Source: Trichodesmium erythraeum IMS101 (GTDB lineage Bacteria > Cyanobacteriota > Cyanobacteriia > Cyanobacteriales > Microcoleaceae). Taken from it: a DNA stretch of 32,000 bases. Location: positions 2,850,001 to 2,882,000 of the forward strand of contig NC_008312.1 of assembly GCF_000014265.1 (NCBI RefSeq), in the 5' to 3' direction. Both the position numbers and the translations under genes were made by a program. Positions 26,538 to 32,000 of the stretch are shown here, piece after piece. Numbering within the stretch: the stretch's first letter is position 1; every line of letters begins with the position of its first letter. Under the pieces are notes generated by a model. It worked only from the letters and a program-made list of their open reading frames with translations, ran no database searches and was not told the DNA's origin.

Positions 26538-26592
26538 AAAATTAGACATAATTAAATATTTATGGGAATATCACTAGATTTATGTCTAATTT
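26538..26592. repeat. Perfect 13-bp inverted repeat (AAATTAGACATAA ... TTATGTCTAATTT) with a 28-nt loop, just downstream of rplT
   Basis: The arms at 26538-26550 and 26580-26592 are exact reverse complements. It could be an operon terminator-like hairpin or the edge of the adjacent IS remnant. The stem is AT-rich and no clear U-tract follows. Confidence 0.45.
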
Positions 26593-26749
26593 ACGAACAG
26601 TATCTAAATCAGTATAACTCCTAGTCCTCAATTGTATGCTCACCTTAGGCATGAAGAAAGAATGCCATTGCCGAAAAATTGAGTTTAAAGCTTTGCCCAT
26701 AAATATACTATTTTTAGTTGTTTTTTTTGAATACATATGTTATTTAAAA

Positions 26750-27230
26750 ATGCAATTAATTAGTCCTAGGCGGGCAGTCCGAAACAAAAAAATGGAGGCA
26801 GCAGGCAAGGGTAACCTACCCCTTTAGTTCCCAACATAAGGAGCACGGAGCGCGTACTAAGTGCAAAACCTCAACACGCCTTTGAGTAATAAGACCCTAG
26901 AACCTCCCCAGTCCCTAAAAGTCGGGGAGGCTCTTAAACTAAGGGAACTGACAGATTTAGTACTCCTGGTTTTATTACTATTAGAGATAGAGAGTTGAAT
27001 GCTGCTGTCAACCTAAAAAATTATCTACCTCAGTAGCTTGAGTTTTAAGGACTTTTCAGCCCGCTCTTGAAGGTAAGCTACAGACTAGGTTCAGTGCTCT
27101 TCCGTAAAATAGAAACTGACCTGCCAAAGGCCTCAAGGGTAAGTATGGATAAGTTTAGTCAAACCGAGAGAGAATTTACTTAGTCCCACTGCTATTCCCC
27201 TTGACTAAAATAATCACAATAAACCACCAT
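26750..27230 (+). pseudogene. tnpB: Truncated C-terminal remnant of a second IS200/IS605-family TnpB gene plus its right-end / omega-RNA-like region
   Basis: The frame containing 26947-27024 reads TDRFSTPGFITIRDRELNAAVNLKNY, i.e. the RuvC-III motif DRDxNAAxNL, preceded by RTSPVPKSRGG (cf. TSQxCSxCG). Multiple stops are present. The region is visibly more GC-rich than its flanks and has hairpins such as CCTCCCC-13 nt-GGGGAGG (26904-26930). Confidence 0.65.
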
Positions 27231-27277
27231 TAGAATACATTACCAGCTAAAATTCAAATTAATCCTGGGTAAAGATT

Positions 27278-27805
27278 ATGGATAGCACTCTACCAGTTTT
27301 ATACTTATTAATACTGTTACTATTATTGTCTATAACATCTATATTTGTTATCCGTCAAATTACGAAGACAAGAAAAACAGAAAGTCAGCTTTCTAAATTG
27401 AAAGATAAACTGACAAAAGAACAGGGAACAGTAGATGAATATTATCAACTTGCCAGTATATATTTAGAAAAAAAATTATATGTTCAAGGAATTGAACTGT
27501 TGCAAAAAGCTCTGAGATTAAAAGACCCAGAAAATCTAGAAAATATGGCAAAAATTTATAATGCTCTTGGTTTTACATACTTCACTCAAGAGCAGTATGA
27601 TATTGCTATTAGGCAATATAAAGAAGCATTAAAGATAGATCCTAAATATGTGACAGCTTATAATAATTTGGGTCATGCTTATGAGAAAAAAAAATTAACT
27701 GCTCAAGCTTTAGAAGCCTATGAGTCAGCACTGCAATATGACTCCAAAAATGATACTGCGAAAAGACGTGCAGAATCTATGAGGAAACGTTTAACAACTT
27801 CTTGA
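27278..27805 (+). CDS. ycf37: Ycf37-like TPR protein with an N-terminal transmembrane helix (photosystem I assembly/stability factor family)
   Basis: 175 aa. The N-terminus is LPVLYLLILLLLLSITSIFVIRQITKTRKTES, followed by three TPR units (YYQLASIYLEKKLY..., YNALGFTYFTQEQYDIAIRQYKEALKIDPKY, YNNLGHAYEKKKLTAQALEAYESAL). This matches my recollection of cyanobacterial and plastid Ycf37. Confidence 0.7.
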   Translation: MDSTLPVLYLLILLLLLSITSIFVIRQITKTRKTESQLSKLKDKLTKEQGTVDEYYQLASIYLEKKLYVQGIELLQKALRLKDPENLENMAKIYNALGFTYFTQEQYDIAIRQYKEALKIDPKYVTAYNNLGHAYEKKKLTAQALEAYESALQYDSKNDTAKRRAESMRKRLTTS

Positions 27806-28438
27806 AGTCAGAATATGGCTCATAATTACTGGATATTTTTCTTGAGTCATTGGATATTTACTTATATAAAAAGGTTGAATAGTTACTGTATGTGGTAGTT
27901 CTTCATGGCTATATCTCCCTTTTTCTGTCTGGTGAGAACCCCTGAGAAAACTTCTTTAAGGAATATAAACTATTTTGGGGTTTCTGAATGATGGAATGAA
28001 TTTGAGGAACCGGAATATCTGCTAAAATGCAGGTAGTGGATCAACGACTGAATAGCAGGCCCCTGTATGTCCAGAGTTTTGGAATAAAACAAGATATTGA
28101 AAAGAGTTTTTTCTCTCTTTTTGTGTTTTCTTACCCCAAAGCTGTTTTGTTGATCCGTTTCATTATTTAAATTGATATTTTAGCTACAAATAATAATAAA
28201 AAACTATCAACAGTTTCAAAGCTAATTTTGCTAATTTTTATTATAGAGTTAATAGGAGATTAACTAGTTTATTTTTAGATACATATCTGGACGTGGATTT
28301 TTACAAGTTTCGATTCGGATGTGGTGAAGAACTAATGACAAAACCAAAAAAAATTGGCGACTTTAAGTTTTTAGTTCTTACTGTTAAGAGTGAGGTCAAA
28401 GATGATTAAAAGCTTCAAATATTCAGAGTATATTTTTT

Positions 28439-30205
28439 ATGGTAGCAGTTTCTAGCAATAACTATAACGATGAAAAATTTATCCCCTCTTTTGATGAATT
28501 TACTGGAGTTGTCTATTTTGAAAATATTAAGACGCAAGTAAGTTGCACAGGGGCTTTACTAGATAGTAATGGCCTTTATATTTTGACGGCTGCCCATTGC
28601 TTTAATAAGCAGAATGATTCGGCAAACTTAAATCCTAACCCTAATAATTATAAAGTCTTTTTTGAAGTTAATGGTACTCTTAAATCAAGACTTGTCGAAG
28701 AGATTTTTGTTCATCCTGAGTGGACATCTGATGAAAATAGTAATAACGATATTGCTATCATTAAACTCTCTAATGAAGCGCCTGATGTTGAGAGCTACGA
28801 TATATATCGTGATACTGATGAGGTGGATCAGGTTTTTACCCGTGTGGGTTACGGTTTCCCTGGAACTGGTAGAGACGGTCAGATTGATGATTCAGGAGAA
28901 GACCCCCCTGTCAAGCGTTTTGGACAAAATTATTATGATGCCTTGGGTGAGATTTTCAATGATTATGATTATGATACTCCAATAATAAAAGGTACACAGC
29001 TAGCCTTCGACTTTGATAATGGGAAACCAAGGAGGGATGCTTTTGGTCGTGAATACGGTTTGGATCAGTTGGGAGTGGATCAAGAGGTTAATTCTACAGC
29101 AGGAGATTCAGGGGGTCCGGCCTTTATTGATGGGAAAATAGCTGGGATCACATCCTATGGTTTTTCTTCAGGTATGTATGATACAGATGTAGATGATGAA
29201 AGTGGTAATTCTAATTTCGGAGAATACAGTGTTGATATCAGGGTTTCAGCTTATATAGAATTTATTACAGACATTACATCCTTATCACTTGAGGGAAGTA
29301 GGGGTGATGATACTATAAAAGGAGGTATTGGTAACGATACTATTAATGGAGCTTCTGGTCAAGATAGACTTTTGGGAAAATCTGGCAATGACTTCTTAGT
29401 AGGTAGCTTTGGTAATGATGCTTTGTTAGGGGAAGCAGGTGATGATATTCTAAAAGGCGGTGGGGGTCGCGATCGCTTGAACGGTGGTACTGGCAACGAT
29501 ACACTTACTGGTGATGGAGGTAATGACCGCCTCAACGGTAGTGGAGGTAATGACCGCCTCAACGGTAATACTGGCAACGATATACTTACTGGTGGTGGAG
29601 GTAATGACCGCCTCAACGGTGGTGGAGGTAATGACCGCCTCAACGGTAATACTGGCAACGATATACTTACTGGTGGTGGAGGTAATGACCGCCTCAATGG
29701 TGGTGGAGGTAATGACCGCCTCAATGGTAATAATGGCAACGATATACTTACTGGTGGTGGAGGTAATGACCGCCTCAACGGTGGTGGAGGTAATGACCGC
29801 CTCAACGGTGGTGCTGGAAATGATATACTTATTGGTGGTGGAGGTAATGACCGTTTTATCTTTAATAGTAATGAAAAATTTGACTCCAATGATTTTGGTA
29901 TTGATACTATCAAAAATTTTGAACCAGACCTCAGACCTGATGAAGATGGAAGCCAAGGTGACTTAATTGTTCTTGACAAGTCAAGCTTTACTGACCTTGG
30001 TAGTTCTACTCGTATTGGTTTCAGTGTTGATAGTGATTTTGAAATCGTTAATACTAATAATAGTATAGATGACTCTAATGCTTTTATTGTTTACAATGAA
30101 GAGTCTGGAAATCTATTCTACAAATCAGATGGTGAGTATACTAAGTTTGCTATTCTTAATGGTGCGCCCACTATTACTGAAGATAATTTCCAAATTATCA
30201 ATTAG
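28439..30205 (+). CDS. Trypsin-like (S1) serine protease fused to RTX (hemolysin-type Ca-binding) nonapeptide repeats; probable type I secretion substrate
   Basis: The catalytic triad contexts are LTAAHC (His), NNDIAIIKL (Asp) and GDSGGP (Ser). About 20 GGxGxDxL/I nonapeptides follow (aa 285-480), then a non-repeat C-terminal region typical of T1SS signals. There is no N-terminal signal peptide. Confidence 0.85.
   Translation: MVAVSSNNYNDEKFIPSFDEFTGVVYFENIKTQVSCTGALLDSNGLYILTAAHCFNKQNDSANLNPNPNNYKVFFEVNGTLKSRLVEEIFVHPEWTSDENSNNDIAIIKLSNEAPDVESYDIYRDTDEVDQVFTRVGYGFPGTGRDGQIDDSGEDPPVKRFGQNYYDALGEIFNDYDYDTPIIKGTQLAFDFDNGKPRRDAFGREYGLDQLGVDQEVNSTAGDSGGPAFIDGKIAGITSYGFSSGMYDTDVDDESGNSNFGEYSVDIRVSAYIEFITDITSLSLEGSRGDDTIKGGIGNDTINGASGQDRLLGKSGNDFLVGSFGNDALLGEAGDDILKGGGGRDRLNGGTGNDTLTGDGGNDRLNGSGGNDRLNGNTGNDILTGGGGNDRLNGGGGNDRLNGNTGNDILTGGGGNDRLNGGGGNDRLNGNNGNDILTGGGGNDRLNGGGGNDRLNGGAGNDILIGGGGNDRFIFNSNEKFDSNDFGIDTIKNFEPDLRPDEDGSQGDLIVLDKSSFTDLGSSTRIGFSVDSDFEIVNTNNSIDDSNAFIVYNEESGNLFYKSDGEYTKFAILNGAPTITEDNFQIIN
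29516..29866 (+). repeat. About 4.3 near-identical tandem copies of an 81-bp unit (three RTX nonapeptides: GGGNDRLNG GGGNDRLNG NTGNDILTG)
   Basis: The string ggaggtaatgaccgcc recurs at 29516, 29543, 29597, 29624, 29678, 29705, 29759, 29786 and 29840 (alternating 27/54-nt spacing, so an 81-nt period). Only a handful of substitutions separate the copies. Confidence 0.9.
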
Positions 30206-30309
30206 GAAGAAGATTTTAACTGAACAGTACAAAGTTCTTAGGAGAAAAAAATATTCCCTGCTAAAAGTTAGGGAATGGTGCATACTAGTTAATGATTCTA
30301 AATTGTTAC

Positions 30310-31085
30310 TAGCTAATTTCTGGGGATGCACATAACATATAGTCTAGAGTAAATCTTGACCAACTTATATCCAGTATTTAGTTTTCATGACACTTTTGAA
30401 TCGTTTGTTATGCTAATTTGGGGCATTCTTTTCTGTAGCCAACATCGGGTAGTTAGCAACTATCTCAATGCTGTGGGACTAACAAAAATTACTACACCCA
30501 AGCTTTACAGTAGCTGTATGGCTTGATAGCTAACAAATAATTATGCTTTCAAATGAGAGCACTCTTTCGGCAGCAGAAATTTTAACTGCTTACAGTTGGG
30601 ATCTTAAGATTGAAGTCACTTTCGGGAACTTAATTCAACTATTTTTTTGTACTTAGAGCCTAGACTATTTACTGCTCAGTGCCTCGTAAATTCTATTATT
30701 AGCTTACTTGAAACTGAATCCCTGGGAATTGAAATTAGTATTACAGGTCTTTTTTACTGCCTGGGAATTAATGATTATGAGAGTTGTCCCGGAGCGTTTT
30801 TTTACCTGTTGACGTGCTTGATAGTGTAATAAATCTCTAATATGTTCAATTATCTCTGATTCTCGCCACTGTTTATAATGCCAAAATACTGTGGTATGGA
30901 GTAAGGAGGTAATCTTTATTATGTTTGACCAATTACAACCATTCTTCAGTTAAGAGAGTACACCGTCTAATATTTGTGTTTTACTCCCTATGTATGGGGC
31001 AAGTTTTCTTTTTTTTTTGCAACAATGGTTCAATCATAACCTATTCTTTTTCTATTAAACTACTTGAATATACCATTTACCCACC
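30310..31085 (-). pseudogene. Decayed IS5-family DDE transposase gene
   Basis: Minus-strand translation of 30704-30910 is open and reads HTTVFWHYKQWRESEIIEHIRDLLHYQARQQVKKRSGTTLIIINSQAVKKT..., cf. the IS5 pattern W.TVY.YF..W...G....I...L....R...G....PS..IIDSQSVKT. Upstream, IEPLLQKKKENLPHT*...RLPPYS resembles the IS5 N-terminus (IEPLLP.KK..GRPR). Downstream fragments (KFPKV..., SIEIV, ...LDY...) are in the expected order, with stops and frameshifts. Confidence 0.65.
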
Positions 31086-31342
31086 TCTTGGTTAAGTAAT
31101 TAGCGTTGGCGGAGGATGGTGGTGGTAGCTAATATCGCTATTTAGTATAACCTTGGAACGAAAAGATACCTGTAGGGGTTCTATAAGATTCTACACTGAT
31201 AAAATGTTGCAAATAAGGGTTTTCTCTAAACTGTTTTTCCTTTACTTTGCGACTTGTACCTAATTCTTTTTGATTATTAATGCTTCCAGTGCCGTTATAG
31301 AACTATAGAAAGTGATTCCAAATCAGTTTATTCCAGCAGTTT

Positions 31343-31516
31343 TCACAAAAATAGACTACAGTTACAAAAATGAGCAAACTAGTTGCGCAATATTTTAGGA
31401 GTGATAGGAGCGATCAAAGTAGCGATCGCCTGTTCCAAATCTTTACGAGTTTTTGCTTGATTGTTTTTTAAATGGGCTTTAAGGCTTGACCAACATTGCT
31501 CAAATAGAATAGGGTT
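31343..31516 (-). pseudogene. C-terminal fragment of an IS630/Tc1-mariner-family transposase
   Basis: The minus-strand translation is NPILFEQCWSSLKAHLKNNQAKTRKDLEQAIATLIAPITPKILRN*FAHFCN, which matches the IS630 C-terminal pattern NPIE..W..LK..LR......T...L..AI...L..IT......WF.H. Similarity stops abruptly at 31516, so the fragment is truncated. Confidence 0.65.
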
Positions 31517-32000
31517 TCATAATCGCTTATTTGAGTTTTTCTATTTTCTATAATTGTCTTTTATCTTTATGAAAACTCCTATCAATGGTGTTTGTTTCAT
31601 TACTAAATTTGTACAGCAAAAACTTTACTGTTTTAAATGCTCTGTTATGGGGATGTACTATAAGGCTATAGATGACATAGAGGAAAGTCCTCTAATTTAG
31701 ACTAATGAGCAAATTGGGGCAGAAACAGATTTAAGGGGTCAGTTAAGGTTCAATGAAAGTGGCGATCGCATTAATGTGATGAAGTATCGTAAATGTTCAT
31801 AAATAGCCTTATTTTTAGTAGGATCGTGCTTAGGAGGAGATGGCAAATTAGCAAATTAATTGATATTTTTAGAATATTTTTCCAGCTTAATTATCAATAA
31901 TACGGTGTAATAATCTCTTGAATAAAAGATGATTAAGAGTGAAAATAAACTTTAGTATAAGTATCTTCTTTCTGATGATAAATATTATTTTAAAAAGTAG

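Noticed and set aside
26636-26827. 63-aa ORF just downstream of rplT.
   Set aside because: Its C-terminal part (MEAAGKGNLPL) looks like a piece of the decayed TnpB (cf. AEKAGK.V..V.P), and the N-terminal part is AT-rich spacer. It is not an independent gene.
26760-27230. GC-rich, hairpin-rich island downstream of rplT that looked like a housekeeping structured RNA (RNase P RNA, tmRNA, SRP RNA or 6S RNA).
   Set aside because: The universal signatures are absent on both strands: GAGGAAAGTCCGGGC for RNase P, a tRNA-like GGTTCGA(A/T)TCC...CCA end for tmRNA, and the GGAAGCAGCC SRP domain IV. Translation instead reveals TnpB zinc-finger and RuvC-III motifs, so I called it an IS605-family remnant.
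28662-29979. Four ORFs (28662-28985 +, 29359-29979 -, 29450-29956 -, 29484-29966 +) inside the protease-RTX gene, some with striking periodic sequences (e.g. LRRSLPPPP repeats).
   Set aside because: Their periodicity simply mirrors the 27/81-bp RTX DNA repeats read in other frames or on the other strand. The RTX frame itself has canonical GGxGxD motifs and is contiguous with the protease domain.
30540-30640. Plus-strand translation LSAAEILTAYSWDLKIEVTFGNLIQ resembles the IS4/IS701 transposase motif (Y..RW.IE..F..LK).
   Set aside because: The same DNA read on the minus strand continues the IS5-like pseudogene in the correct N-to-C order (GYD-like, then KFP..., then ...EIV...). The plus-strand match is short and lacks the conserved R, so it is more likely coincidental.
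30069-30829. ORFs 30069-30335 (+), 30125-30331 (-) and 30647-30829 (+).
   Set aside because: They overlap the 3' end of the RTX gene or run antisense to the IS5-like remnant, and have no motifs.
31550-31800. A 77-codon frame (MKTPINGVCFITKFVQQKLYCFKCS...KYRKCS) with one in-frame TAG, possibly a small zinc-ribbon gene.
   Set aside because: The cysteine spacing is only weakly suggestive, I recognise no family, and it sits amid IS debris. The evidence is insufficient to call it.
1-32000. Search for tRNA genes (GGTTCGAATCC-type T-arms), rRNA, CRISPR arrays and reverse-transcriptase-associated elements (retron, DGR, group II intron).
   Set aside because: I found no T-arm or acceptor pattern, no regularly spaced direct repeats with unique spacers, no RT-like ORF, and no group II domain V consensus by eye. 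A short structured RNA could still have been missed without covariance-model tools.

Overview
AT-rich (about one third G+C by eye) cyanobacterial chromosomal DNA. The octamer palindrome GCGATCGC (HIP1) occurs 17 times by my count, where well under one is expected. Cyanobacterial hallmark genes are present (ycf37-like TPR protein, DUF2808-like protein). Intact CDS cover only about 53% of the window by my calls. The rest is long AT-rich spacers, small palindromic or heptamer repeats and at least four decayed insertion-sequence genes (two IS200/IS605-family TnpB remnants, one IS5-like, one IS630-like). This style fits a Trichodesmium-like filamentous cyanobacterium, but I cannot verify the taxon. 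Housekeeping genes: ribF, an MBL-fold hydrolase, cysteine desulfurase, a prohibitin/SPFH protein, a YgiB/YgiC-like pair (DUF1190 lipoprotein plus glutathionylspermidine-synthase-family ATP-grasp), queC, 5-formyl-THF cyclo-ligase, scpB, rpmI-rplT and ycf37. There are two large repeat proteins: an SBBP beta-propeller protein and a trypsin-like protease fused to RTX repeats. I found no tRNA, rRNA or CRISPR array. The most interesting locus is 2.8-9.5 kb. It holds a tightly coupled same-strand cluster. First comes a roughly 590-codon frame (3326-5104) broken by five in-frame stops with no frameshift. Next is a 4-TM MotA/ExbB-type channel protein with a roughly 240-aa coiled-coil tail (ZorA-like architecture). 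Then comes a MotB/OmpA-type peptidoglycan-anchored partner (ZorB-like). A convergent exported PLD(HKD)-nuclease-like lipoprotein with a ComEA-type HhH DNA-binding tail follows. None of the canonical Zorya effectors (ZorC/D/E/F/G) is recognisable, so this may be a Zorya-like stator-based system with a different, partly decayed partner. Secondary points of interest are below. (1) GC-rich, apparently better-preserved 3' ends (omega-RNA / right-end regions) sit on otherwise ruined TnpB genes, and one ends about 10 nt before a zinc-ribbon-ParE/RelE-like orphan toxin gene. (2) A dispersed element carries GGAGG plus heptamer repeats plus ATG, and a 101-bp tandem duplication captures a gene's 3' end. 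(3) Near-identical 81-bp tandem repeats lie inside the RTX protease gene.
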